A stretch of DNA of 58,687 bases from Thermodesulfobacteriota bacterium (GTDB lineage: Bacteria; Desulfobacterota; BSN033; UBA1163), in NCBI GenBank assembly GCA_049684675.1, contig JBAVGF010000308.1:1-58687 (forward strand), written 5' to 3'. Under the pieces are notes generated by a model. The model was given only the letters and a program-made list of their open reading frames with translations, searched no databases and was not told where the DNA came from. This document shows positions 19,003-27,969 of the stretch, piece after piece; the stretch's first letter is position 1, and every line of letters starts with the position of its first letter. Position numbers and translations under genes: made by a program.

Positions 19003-19058
19003 AGATTCCGCATTCTATGCCTGCCGGCAGGCAGGCGCCATTCGCAATCCGAAATCGG
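19003..19058. repeat. Intercistronic palindromic element between the two permease genes
   Basis: A perfect 14-nt palindrome GCCTGCCGGCAGGC (19019-19032) is flanked by ATTCCGCATTC and ATTCGCAATCCGAAATCGG motifs. The same ATTCCG/CGGAAT motif family occurs at 21694-21779. Confidence 0.55.
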
Positions 19059-19066
19059 AGATAAGA

Positions 19067-20032
19067 TCATTCTTTGGAAGCTCTGGGATTCACAGCCACA
19101 TACACCATGCTCTGGAACAGGCTGCCCATGCGCACGAAGACTGCGGCGAGGATCGCAATGCCCATGATCACCGGATAGTCCCGATCCTGTGCCGCCTGCC
19201 ACGCCATCCTGCCCATGCCGGGCCAGTTGAACACCTGCTCGACGATCACGGCGCCGCCGAGGATGAACGGTATCTTCGAGGCGATCATCTCGGTCACGGG
19301 TATGAGCAGGGCCTCCTTGAATGAATGTTTCCACACCGAGCCGCCCTTGGCCCGAGCAGCGCGGATGTAGTCCTCAGCCATCACCCTGCCCATCTCCTGG
19401 CGAAGATAGCGAATGACCTCGCTGATCGTCCCGTTTCCCACGCCAAGTACAAAGATCGGCAGGAGCGGATAGAGCCAGCGGAACTTCTGCCCCGTGCTCG
19501 AGAACCCGAAGGCAAGAGGGAAAAGGCCGAGCTTATGCGTGAAGAAATAAATAGCGATGTAGCCGAGCCAGAAGACGGGTAAGGCAGAGATCACGTAGGA
19601 AAACATCGTCAGGGGCCATGATATTTTGTTCGTTCCGCGCACGGCTGAATAGAGCGCGATGGGCACTGCGATCAGGAGGGTAATGATCAGCGATCCGATC
19701 GTCAGGATAAGAGTGCTGAGCCCGACGCGCAGCACTTGGGAGAAGACCGGCAGGCCCGTGCGGATCGAGGTGCCGAAGTTGCCCGTGAGCATGCCCCCGA
19801 GCCAGGAGAGGTACTGCATATACCATGACCGGGACACGCCCATGGCCTCCCGCATCCCAGCTCTGGCCTCCGCCGAGGACAGTTGTCCTTCGAGGAGTAC
19901 GCTGAAGGGGTCTCCGGGCGATGCGAAGAGGATGACGAAGACCACGAGGCTCACGCCGAGAAGCAAAAGCAGTGTAATCATCAATTCCCTGGACAGCACC
20001 AGGGCTATGGGGCGAATCGCTGAAAGCTTCAT
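19067..20032 (-). CDS. Opp/Dpp-type ABC permease (OppB/DppB-like)
   Basis: Polytopic membrane protein. Probable start MKLSAIRPIALV at 20032; the track's start at 20095 overlaps the upstream binding-protein gene. Confidence 0.85.
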   Translation of the reverse strand: MKLSAIRPIALVLSRELMITLLLLLGVSLVVFVILFASPGDPFSVLLEGQLSSAEARAGMREAMGVSRSWYMQYLSWLGGMLTGNFGTSIRTGLPVFSQVLRVGLSTLILTIGSLIITLLIAVPIALYSAVRGTNKISWPLTMFSYVISALPVFWLGYIAIYFFTHKLGLFPLAFGFSSTGQKFRWLYPLLPIFVLGVGNGTISEVIRYLRQEMGRVMAEDYIRAARAKGGSVWKHSFKEALLIPVTEMIASKIPFILGGAVIVEQVFNWPGMGRMAWQAAQDRDYPVIMGIAILAAVFVRMGSLFQSMVYVAVNPRASKE

Positions 20033-20060
20033 TGGCGGACAATCACTTTGAACTTTGGAC

Positions 20061-21677
20061 TTACTTCTGGTCCTTCTCCTCAATGAACCAATCATCCGCG
20101 TACGAGAAGAACTTGTAAGGATGGATGGCCACGCGTCTCACCTTCTTGTGGTATGCCGCATAGTTGGTGAGAGTCCAGAGAAAAGTGTAGGGGTTCTCCT
20201 CTGCCAGGATCGCATGGAGCTTCCGGTTGATCGTCCGTCGCTTCTCGTGGTCGAGGGTGAGTTTGCTCTCGTTGATCAGGCCGTCCACTTCCGGGTTGGA
20301 GTATCCGCCGAAATTATTCTTCCACGAACCGATCTCACCGGAGTGGAATAGAGAAGAGATGTCCGCCGAATCATCAAAGACCCAGATCGCGAAGACAATG
20401 TCGAAGTCATGCTCGAGGAAGACGTCCTCCTTCCAGGCCTGCCACTCCTTGAACTCGACCTTGATGTCCGCACCGACGTTCTTGAGGTAGTTCTTGAATG
20501 CGAGCACCACGCGTTTCACGGCCTCGCTCTCCTTCTCGATCGGGACCTTGAGCGAGAGTGCCAGCCGCTTTCCGTCCTTCTGCATAAAGCCGTCAGCGGC
20601 GCGGCTGAAGCCCGCTTCTTGAAGGAGGGTTCTTGCCTTCTCAGGATCGAAAGGCAGGGGCTGCACGTCGAGGTTATAGGCCCAGCTCCCGGGCGCGAAG
20701 GGCCCGGAAATAATCGTTCCCTGGCCGTTGAAAAACGAGTCGAGCATTTCCTGACGGTTGACGGCGTGGGTAAAGGCTTTGCGCACGCGCTTGTCCGCAA
20801 GGAGCGGGTTCCGTACGTTGTACCCAAAGAACGAGTACGAAAGCGCATTGTACGGCTGGAGGATGAAGCGCTTGTCGCCCTGGATCTCGGGGAGGTCCCG
20901 CGGGTTCACCAGCACGATCATGTCGACCGCATTGAACATAAGCGCCTGGGTCATGATGTTCTGATCCGCAAAGGGCTTGGCGATGAGCTTGTCGACATGC
21001 GGTCTCCCCTTGAAGTAGTTTTCGTTCGCGCTGAGAATGATCTCACGCTCGGCGGTGATGTTCTTCAATAGATAGGGGCCGGTGCCAATAGGGCTCTGTA
21101 CAAAATGATCGTTCCGCGTGAGGTAGAGCGGGTTGCTCGGCCCGTGCTTCGGGATCACCTTGAAGCTGAACTTGGCCAGGGCGTTCAGGATCGGCCGTTT
21201 CAGCGTGAACTTGACGGTGTAATCATCAAGCTTCTCGGCCGCCAAGATGAACTCGTACCGCACCTTGAGGGGGGTGATGGTCTTGGGATGCATCATGATC
21301 TTGTAGGTGAAGATCACGTCTTCTGCCGTGAAGGGCTTGGGTTCCTCTCCTTCTTTCGGATGCCACGTCACGTCCTTTCGGAGAAAAAAGGTATAGGTGC
21401 GGCCGTCGGCGGAGCAGTCCCATTTTTCTGCAAGCTCCGGGACGATCTCCTGCTTCTCGTTGATCCCGACCAAGCCGTTGAAGATGAGCTCCGTGAGTCG
21501 AAGTGAGATCATCTCGTTACTCGTAACGGGGTCGAGGGTCGCCGGCCTGCCGTACTCGCCGTAGCTCAAGCTGCCCCCGTCCGGCTTGCCGTCCTTCTTT
21601 CGGCCTGCCCCGACAGCAGTCGATGAAGCCATGGCTGTGGCAACAATAAGAAGTAGAACTACCAGTATTCGTTTCAT
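20061..21677 (-). CDS. ABC transporter substrate-binding protein, family 5 (OppA/DppA-like)
   Basis: 538 aa with signal peptide MKRILVVLLLIVATAMASSTAVGA. The length and blocks (e.g. GTGPYLLK, YNALSYSFFGYN) are typical of peptide/nickel family-5 binding proteins. Confidence 0.85.
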   Translation of the reverse strand: MKRILVVLLLIVATAMASSTAVGAGRKKDGKPDGGSLSYGEYGRPATLDPVTSNEMISLRLTELIFNGLVGINEKQEIVPELAEKWDCSADGRTYTFFLRKDVTWHPKEGEEPKPFTAEDVIFTYKIMMHPKTITPLKVRYEFILAAEKLDDYTVKFTLKRPILNALAKFSFKVIPKHGPSNPLYLTRNDHFVQSPIGTGPYLLKNITAEREIILSANENYFKGRPHVDKLIAKPFADQNIMTQALMFNAVDMIVLVNPRDLPEIQGDKRFILQPYNALSYSFFGYNVRNPLLADKRVRKAFTHAVNRQEMLDSFFNGQGTIISGPFAPGSWAYNLDVQPLPFDPEKARTLLQEAGFSRAADGFMQKDGKRLALSLKVPIEKESEAVKRVVLAFKNYLKNVGADIKVEFKEWQAWKEDVFLEHDFDIVFAIWVFDDSADISSLFHSGEIGSWKNNFGGYSNPEVDGLINESKLTLDHEKRRTINRKLHAILAEENPYTFLWTLTNYAAYHKKVRRVAIHPYKFFSYADDWFIEEKDQK

Positions 21678-21693
21678 AATGACCTCCTTATCG

Positions 21694-21779
21694 AAATTTG
21701 GAATTCGGAATGCCGAATGCGGAATATATAAAAATCAGGACTCTGCTTCGGTTCCTTCCGCAGCCCGAATTCCGAATTT
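21694..21779. repeat. Long inverted repeat between the TPR gene and the binding-protein gene
   Basis: AAATTTGGAATTCGG (21694-21708) matches the reverse complement of CCGAATTCCGAATTT (21765-21779) at 14 of 15 positions. The interior carries GAATGCCGAATGCGGAAT repeats. Confidence 0.55.
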
Positions 21780-21786
21780 TCTGTCA

Positions 21787-23277
21787 TTAGTTGATCTTCA
21801 CGTCCCCTGCGCTCTTGTGCTCCATGGCGTAAACGCCCTGCATGGCCTCCTGGATCTGGCGTACCTCCGGGAACTGCTTGCTCATCTCGAAATAGATCTC
21901 GAGGGCCTCGGAAAATTTCTTGGCTCGGTAGTAGGCCTCCGCAAGACCTGTGAGCAGGATAGGGTCATTCGATTCAATCTTGTTCTTATTACTCTTGTCG
22001 CGTCCGGCCTCCAGGTAGGAGATGGCTTTTGCATGATCCAGCCTGCCGAGATAGTAATGGCCGAGGGCGATGTATAGCTGAGAAGACCTTTTGCCCTCTG
22101 CGGCCTCGACCATGGCCGTGGCTTTCTGGAGCGCTTTTGGGGATTCCATTTTTATCCTGCTGCACGCAAAAAGGATCTCTGCGATCAGGTCCGGGTCATC
22201 CGGTTTCTTTTGTAGAAGCCCATCCCACACGGCCATTGCATCGGTCTGGCGGTTCTGCCCGTAGAGGTCGGCACCCTGCCACACCCTGATCCGGTCCTTG
22301 TAAGGCTCCGGCAACGCCGATGTGGCGATGAACGACGCCGCGGCCTTGGAAGACTGTTCGATCGAGGCGAACCGGGCGTATGTCTGACTGAGATAGAAGC
22401 CGGCTGCTTCCTTCACCTTCGGGTCGACGCTGGCCTTCTCCAGGTAGGCCGCGCTCGCCTGGCCGTAGAGGGTCGCCATGTCGTTGAGCAACGAAAGGTC
22501 GTAGAAATGGATCACCTTGGACTTCCCCAGGGTCTCCCGGTAAGAAAACGCTTTCAGATCTGAACCATCGAGCAGTTCCAGGCCCTTCTCGGTCTGCCCG
22601 TTCCCCCGGGCATAGATGGAAACAAGGTTCTTCACCATACGCATCGAAAGGGGTTTCTTGGACCTCTTCATCTCTGAGAGAATCCCTTCTGCGATAAAAA
22701 ATGGGTTCTTGCCCACGAGTCCGGCCTTGCTGAACGCAGCCGCAAGCTCGGCCTTCACTTCGGGATCGGAAGTATCGATTCCTCTCCAGAGTTCGGTTGC
22801 CTTCGCCGGCTCGTTGTTCCGGGAATAGCCAAGCGCGAGGCTGATCTTCGCGATCGCCTGGTACCTCGGTTCCACGCCCCCGTTTGTTGAAAATTTTTTG
22901 AGATAGATTGATGCGGCGCCAGGCTTGCCCGACTCGGCAAGCGCTTGACCAAAGTAGAGGTCCACAAAACGGCTCCGGTCCCTGCCTTGGGCTGTGGAGA
23001 GTTTTTTGAGGTAGTCCTGCGACGCCACAACCGCCGCGTGATAAAGTTCGCGATGCAGCACGGCGTTTTTGAAATAGATCATGCCGAGTGCAAGGTTCGC
23101 GGCCCCCGTCTTGCCCGACTCGACGGAAGCGTTAGCTGCCCGCACCATGCTTGCCGCCTCACCGTAATGCCGCTTTTCATACAGTTTCATCGCCCGCGTC
23201 ACCGCGTCATCGGCGGCAAAGGCCTGCACCGCGGCGATCAGAATGATCGGTGGAAGGAACAACCCGAAACGTCTCAT
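21787..23277 (-). CDS. Secreted TPR-repeat protein
   Basis: 496 aa with signal peptide MRRFGLFLPPIILIAAVQAFA. Repeated A/Y/L helical TPR-like pattern throughout. Confidence 0.7.
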   Translation of the reverse strand: MRRFGLFLPPIILIAAVQAFAADDAVTRAMKLYEKRHYGEAASMVRAANASVESGKTGAANLALGMIYFKNAVLHRELYHAAVVASQDYLKKLSTAQGRDRSRFVDLYFGQALAESGKPGAASIYLKKFSTNGGVEPRYQAIAKISLALGYSRNNEPAKATELWRGIDTSDPEVKAELAAAFSKAGLVGKNPFFIAEGILSEMKRSKKPLSMRMVKNLVSIYARGNGQTEKGLELLDGSDLKAFSYRETLGKSKVIHFYDLSLLNDMATLYGQASAAYLEKASVDPKVKEAAGFYLSQTYARFASIEQSSKAAASFIATSALPEPYKDRIRVWQGADLYGQNRQTDAMAVWDGLLQKKPDDPDLIAEILFACSRIKMESPKALQKATAMVEAAEGKRSSQLYIALGHYYLGRLDHAKAISYLEAGRDKSNKNKIESNDPILLTGLAEAYYRAKKFSEALEIYFEMSKQFPEVRQIQEAMQGVYAMEHKSAGDVKIN

Positions 23278-23331
23278 TCGTGAACTCCTGCTACAATTAC
23301 AGAGGCAATGAATCGTTTTACCGTTTCTTTC

Positions 23332-24510
23332 TCAATCCTTCAGTTTCATCATGTGGATCTGGTCCCACTGGTCGACCTGGGCACGGAAAGCGATCATCCC
23401 GTCCGCGGAGCATGCCACATCATGGTTCATCTTGGTGTCCGTTTTGACGGGCATGACCGTCTTCTCTTTGAGATCCGCTACATAGATCGGATTATATTCC
23501 TGCCGGTCGTTCTTCACAAAGACGATCCGGCTGCTGTCCGGCATCCATGCGGGTCCGACCTCGACGTCCGGAATGACATCCGCAGCCACGACCTTCGCAG
23601 CGAGCCCTTCTCCCTCGGTGGGGTCCGACCCGTCTGCGGCGATCACAACGATGGACCATGCATTGGGATCAGCTGCTAGGTTGTAATTCGAGTAAAAGGC
23701 GATCTTCTTCCCGTCCGGAGACCAGACAGGCCGCAGGTCATCATAGGGCCACGTCGTCAGTATTCTTAGGGACTCCGTGGGCTTCGCCACATCACCGATC
23801 AGGACGATGTGATGGTTCTCATTGCTGCCGTGCATCATCACAAGCCGTTTGCCCTCGGGAGACCACCGGGGATAAAGGTATGTGTCGCCTCCCTGCGTGA
23901 GCCTCGTGAGCACCCGGGTCCCGAGGTCCAGAAGATAGATATCGCCGCTGCCGGTGCGGCCGGACACGAGGACGAGGCGGTCGGCAACCGGAGACCAGTG
24001 GGCCTGTCCATCCTTTTCCTTATGGTGCGTCAGTCGGACGGGGGCGCCGTCACCCAGGTCCCGCAGGTAGATATCGTAATTTCCTTCCCCGCCGTTGCTC
24101 ATGTACACGAACCGGTATTCATCGGGTGACCACGTGATCCCCGCGTTGTAGCTCGTCTCCTCGGACACGCCGGGGAAGAGGAAATTTGTCTCTTTTCCGT
24201 CATCGGAAAGCATGAAATAAACGGTCTGGATCAGCGTGCCATCACGAAGCGTGATGTGGATCTCTTTCTTATCTGCGATGCTCCGCTCGAACGCAATGAA
24301 CGTGCCGCGCGGAGACCAGGCAGGATTCGAGTCGTTCCACCCTGATTCGATTTTCACAAGGGGTCTGACGAACAAGGGCTCGACCGGTTCAGCCTTCTTG
24401 TCCGGCGCCATCGCGTCCGATGTAGGATCGCCGGCTATCCCTGTGCGTGTCACGAGCGACAGAAACAGGATAGCCCAACCCAGAGCTCTGCCATACTTCC
24501 CAACCTTCAC
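23332..24510 (-). CDS. Periplasmic TolB-like beta-propeller protein (PD40/WD40-like repeats)
   Basis: 392 aa with an N-terminal signal. Six repeats of the W(S/M)P motif: WSPRGTFIAF, WSPDEYRFVY, WSPVADRLVL, WSPEGKRLVM, WSPDGKKIAF, WMPDSSRIVF. Confidence 0.75.
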   Translation of the reverse strand: MKVGKYGRALGWAILFLSLVTRTGIAGDPTSDAMAPDKKAEPVEPLFVRPLVKIESGWNDSNPAWSPRGTFIAFERSIADKKEIHITLRDGTLIQTVYFMLSDDGKETNFLFPGVSEETSYNAGITWSPDEYRFVYMSNGGEGNYDIYLRDLGDGAPVRLTHHKEKDGQAHWSPVADRLVLVSGRTGSGDIYLLDLGTRVLTRLTQGGDTYLYPRWSPEGKRLVMMHGSNENHHIVLIGDVAKPTESLRILTTWPYDDLRPVWSPDGKKIAFYSNYNLAADPNAWSIVVIAADGSDPTEGEGLAAKVVAADVIPDVEVGPAWMPDSSRIVFVKNDRQEYNPIYVADLKEKTVMPVKTDTKMNHDVACSADGMIAFRAQVDQWDQIHMMKLKD

Positions 24511-24531
24511 CCAGCCCTCCTCCAGAACGCA

Positions 24532-27105
24532 TCAGAGGTTCCTGATCTGATCCCAGTATTTCTGCGCCGATTCCCTGGTTTGCTCAAAGGTGTTGTTTCC
24601 CTCGAACTTCTTGGGGAAGAAATCGAAGTACTCCCGCCAGGCGAGGTTGGCGTTATTCAAGATGTTGTTCTTCCGGGTGATCAGATAGAGCTTGTGGTAT
24701 GAGAGTGCCGTATAGTAGTAGGTGTCATGCACGGCCTCGTCATAGTGCACGTTCGGGAAGAACCGTGTGTTCTGCTTCGCGATCTGCAGGTTATGGACCG
24801 CCTTGGCGAAGTTCTGCGCCGCCGCATCCTTGTCCTTCTGCACGAGAGCATTGCCCTTCTCATAATAGGCGTGCCCCAGGTTCATAAAAGCCACCGAAAA
24901 CTGCTTGTACACGAGCTGCTGGTTCTCGGGCAGCGAGAGAACGTTCTCGAATTCCTTGATGGCGCTTTCATAGTCGCCCTTCTCGTCGAGGTAAATCCGG
25001 GCCAGGCGGTGGTGCGCCTCGGAGAAGTCCGGGTGCCCCTTCTCGCTACTCTTGTACGCCTGGATCGCCCCGTCGACATCGCCCTTCTGCTCGGACCGTT
25101 GGCCGATCTTTAGAAAGTCCTTGGGCAGAATGATCTTCCGGTCGCCGGTGCGGCTCTCTTCTTTCTTGGAGAACTCCACGACCTCCTCCCAGTCACGGAA
25201 GTCGCCGCCGACGGAAACCTTGACCGTATGGAAGCCGAGGGTCACCGGCTTCCCGTCGAGGATGGGCGTTCGCCCGATCTTGTCGGCGTCCAAGAACACA
25301 TCGGCCGAAGATGGCTCGGAGTCGATCTTGAAGACCGCGTTGTTCACGGCGAGCACAAACTCCCTCGTTTCCTTGCTCTTTTCAATCTTGATCCTCTCGG
25401 TCACCTGCTGGTAGCCATGCCGGTAGAGCATGAGAGTAAAGTTCTTGTTGATGCGCACGGGCACCTCGGCCTTGCCATCGGGCCCCGTCGATCCCAGCCA
25501 CTCATTGTTCACGTAGATATTGACAGCCGCAAGCGGCGATACGCCCGGAGCCAGGCCGCCCTTTGCGGAGAGGGTGAAATAGTTACGGCTTGCCTCTTCT
25601 TCGCCTTCTCGGTAGATGCGTCGAACGACCCTGTCGCCGACCACGATCTTTTCGTTTTTATTCAGCTCCTCGACCTCGGTCCACGAGCCGCTCTCTTCGG
25701 TCTTCTTGACCCTGAGCCTGCCGGTTTCGTGGTACCCCGACACTTTGCCTGCTTGATCGAGACGGGGGGCCATGAGGACGAAATCCGTCCCCTTGGCGAT
25801 GCGGTATCCTGATTTGCCGAGGTTGATCCGGTATCGTTCGCCTTCGGAGGAGACCACCGTGCCCTCGAATGGGAAATGCTCGAGCACGGCATTCGTGATC
25901 TCCTTGGCTGCACTGCCGATATCGCCGGCCCCCTTGGCCCGCGTGATCTGGCTCAGGATGAGCTTACCGCCCGAGGTGTAGAACTTCGTCTCGATCAAGA
26001 GCCCCTTCTCGTCCTTGGCAACGCTGCCGAGGATGATCATGTCTACCTTCTTTTTGAGAGGAGTCTCGCGCCATCCCTTTGCAGTGATTTTTTCAATACT
26101 TAATTTTGCCTCCTTCATATCTGCACGGAGCGTTTCGGACGGCACCTCGCGGAAGCAGGTATGTTTGAAGAGCTGTGCGGCCACGGATGCCTCGGTCTGG
26201 CTGAGCACCTCTTTCAAGTCGGCGTTTGGTGTATTGCTAACGAACCGGTAGATCCCGGTGCGAATCGGTTTGGGGGTGGTGGGATAGAAATAGCGCTGGA
26301 TATGGACCTCCCCTTCCAGGACGATCGAGGTCTTCCAGGTCTCGGGGATATAGCCGGTGGCCGAAAGGGTGAGCGGCACCTTCTTCCCCGGCTCGCCGTC
26401 ATAGGTGTAGACGAGGATACCCTTGGCATCGGTTTTACCCACTTCCCTATTGCTGATGTTTACGGCGATGCCCGAAATACCGCTCGACTGGCCGTAGTCT
26501 TCCATGAGGGTGCTGACCGTGACCATCACACGCCTGGAGAGTGCGGCTTCGAGCTTCTGGCCGGGTTCTACCCGCCCGGTCTTGCGCCACGTCGCATAGC
26601 CCGGCTTGGTCACCGTGAGGTTCACGCCAGACTTGGGCTGGTCCTTAAAGTCGTAGACGAACACTCCCTGGGCGTCCGTCTTACCGATCTCTTTTCCCGC
26701 AGCCTTCACAATAGCGTCGGCGACCGGCGCGCCCTTTTCGGTAGCCGTGATCGTGACGTACCGCGTCGTTGCAAGGTCCGCATCGAACACGTACGTGTCA
26801 ACCGTGCCGGACTTGGGCAACTTCATGACGAACGTACCCTTCCAGGGATTGATCCGGTACCCCGGCATCTCCTTGGAGACGATGACCTCAACCTCGACCC
26901 CCGGCTTCTTTTTTATAATCTTTGAAAAGATACCATCTGCACCGGTGAGGCCCTGCACCTCGTTGTCCACGGTCACCTTGGCCTGTGCCGCCGGCTGACC
27001 GTCCATGCGGGCCTTCACTTGGAGTTTCAGCTTCTCCCCCGAACAGGCAAAGAGCAGAGAGACTGCAAACATTATGAGACCTGTCTTTATAGGCTGCTTC
27101 ATCAT
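24532..27105 (-). CDS. 857-aa multidomain lipoprotein: repeated carboxypeptidase-regulatory-like/PEGA beta-sandwich modules, a central alpha/beta module, and C-terminal TPR
   Basis: Lipobox LLFACSG. At least three N-terminal ~85-aa repeats of the ..V.V......G.TDA.G.F... type. A central VDMIILGSVAKDEKGLLIETKFY block is TolB-N/LpoB/CsgG-like. PEGA-like FKIDSEPSSADVFLDADKIGRTP. C-terminal TPR-like helices. Confidence 0.65.
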   Translation of the reverse strand: MMKQPIKTGLIMFAVSLLFACSGEKLKLQVKARMDGQPAAQAKVTVDNEVQGLTGADGIFSKIIKKKPGVEVEVIVSKEMPGYRINPWKGTFVMKLPKSGTVDTYVFDADLATTRYVTITATEKGAPVADAIVKAAGKEIGKTDAQGVFVYDFKDQPKSGVNLTVTKPGYATWRKTGRVEPGQKLEAALSRRVMVTVSTLMEDYGQSSGISGIAVNISNREVGKTDAKGILVYTYDGEPGKKVPLTLSATGYIPETWKTSIVLEGEVHIQRYFYPTTPKPIRTGIYRFVSNTPNADLKEVLSQTEASVAAQLFKHTCFREVPSETLRADMKEAKLSIEKITAKGWRETPLKKKVDMIILGSVAKDEKGLLIETKFYTSGGKLILSQITRAKGAGDIGSAAKEITNAVLEHFPFEGTVVSSEGERYRINLGKSGYRIAKGTDFVLMAPRLDQAGKVSGYHETGRLRVKKTEESGSWTEVEELNKNEKIVVGDRVVRRIYREGEEEASRNYFTLSAKGGLAPGVSPLAAVNIYVNNEWLGSTGPDGKAEVPVRINKNFTLMLYRHGYQQVTERIKIEKSKETREFVLAVNNAVFKIDSEPSSADVFLDADKIGRTPILDGKPVTLGFHTVKVSVGGDFRDWEEVVEFSKKEESRTGDRKIILPKDFLKIGQRSEQKGDVDGAIQAYKSSEKGHPDFSEAHHRLARIYLDEKGDYESAIKEFENVLSLPENQQLVYKQFSVAFMNLGHAYYEKGNALVQKDKDAAAQNFAKAVHNLQIAKQNTRFFPNVHYDEAVHDTYYYTALSYHKLYLITRKNNILNNANLAWREYFDFFPKKFEGNNTFEQTRESAQKYWDQIRNL

Positions 27106-27218
27106 ATGAGACCTCCTGAAAGAGCTACTTGTTAAAAAACAAAGAGTGATCCATTCGTGAAGATCACCATCTACTGTAACCGTGGCTTCGTGGCGAGACC
27201 GGGATTTTTACAATCCCA

Positions 27219-27668
27219 TCACATCGTGGGCGGCTGGATGTTGACCTCGCCCGGGTTCACGATCTTGTCCTCGTCCGACTTGGAACCTTCAATGGTCTTG
27301 CGCTGACCCTCCGGGATCTTCTTGAGCTTGAACTCTACTTTCTTTCCGCCGAACTTGGTAACTTTGACCGTCTGGGTATCATTCATGTAGCCGATTCTGT
27401 TCGCCTCCACTTTGTACAGCCCCGGGATGATGTAGTCTTTAGCAGATTGGAACTTACCCGCGGGATCCGTGGCGACGGCCTGGGACGCCTTCTCCAGGGT
27501 CGTAGTTGTATTGATCATGTTCACCACGGTCCCCTGTGGGCTTTCTTTAGAAGGCGGAATGGGCTGCAGGTGCGCGTCTACAAGCTGGACCGTGCCGTAG
27601 ATCTTAGGCGAGCAGGCCCCCACTGCCAGTATCATCACGGCAAACAGAACGGTCTTTGCGTAGTTCAT
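27219..27668 (-). CDS. 149-aa lipoprotein with one carboxypeptidase-regulatory-like beta-sandwich
   Basis: Lipobox AVGAC. IYGTVQLVD...ATDPAGKF...PGLYKVEANRIGY is the same module type as in the 857-aa protein. First gene of the co-directional block. Confidence 0.6.
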   Translation of the reverse strand: MNYAKTVLFAVMILAVGACSPKIYGTVQLVDAHLQPIPPSKESPQGTVVNMINTTTTLEKASQAVATDPAGKFQSAKDYIIPGLYKVEANRIGYMNDTQTVKVTKFGGKKVEFKLKKIPEGQRKTIEGSKSDEDKIVNPGEVNIQPPTM

Positions 27669-27877
27669 GTCCCTGTCCTCCTTGAGTATGAGATTGGTTG
27701 CGGTGAAATGCAGGTATGTTCCGCAAATATGCAGTCTAAAGGATTCAACGGGGTTAAAGACGATGCATTTTTTATGCCATTGTCCCTTAGGTGATTTCCC
27801 AGATAACTTCTGTAATTACAGGGGCATATAGGAATAGTCGGAGTGCAGCAACGAGGTTGATTCCAAATTAAAGAGGC

Positions 27878-27907
27878 ATTTTGTCAATTTTTTTGCAATT
27901 TTGTCAA
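27878..27907 (-). promoter_or_regulatory. Direct repeat ATTTTGTCAA x2 (20-bp period); each copy gives TTGACA on the minus strand
   Basis: The copies are at 27878-27887 and 27898-27907, about 210-240 nt upstream of the lipoprotein operon start. No convincing -10 box is found at 17-bp spacing. Confidence 0.25.
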
Positions 27908-27969
27908 ACGCAATAATTGGAGAGGCAGACTTGTTTCAATGAAAAATGAATTCTATTTCCCAAAACCCA

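Noticed and set aside
15848-26925. Long antisense ORFs in the GC-rich block, e.g. 15848-16924 (358 aa), 17464-18144 (226 aa), 20409-21071 (220 aa), 25228-25812 (194 aa) and 26161-26925 (254 aa).
   Set aside because: Each lies opposite a gene with unambiguous ABC-transporter or exported-protein features. High GC3 suppresses stop codons on the opposite strand. Their sequences are Arg/Gly/Pro/Leu-rich with no motifs.
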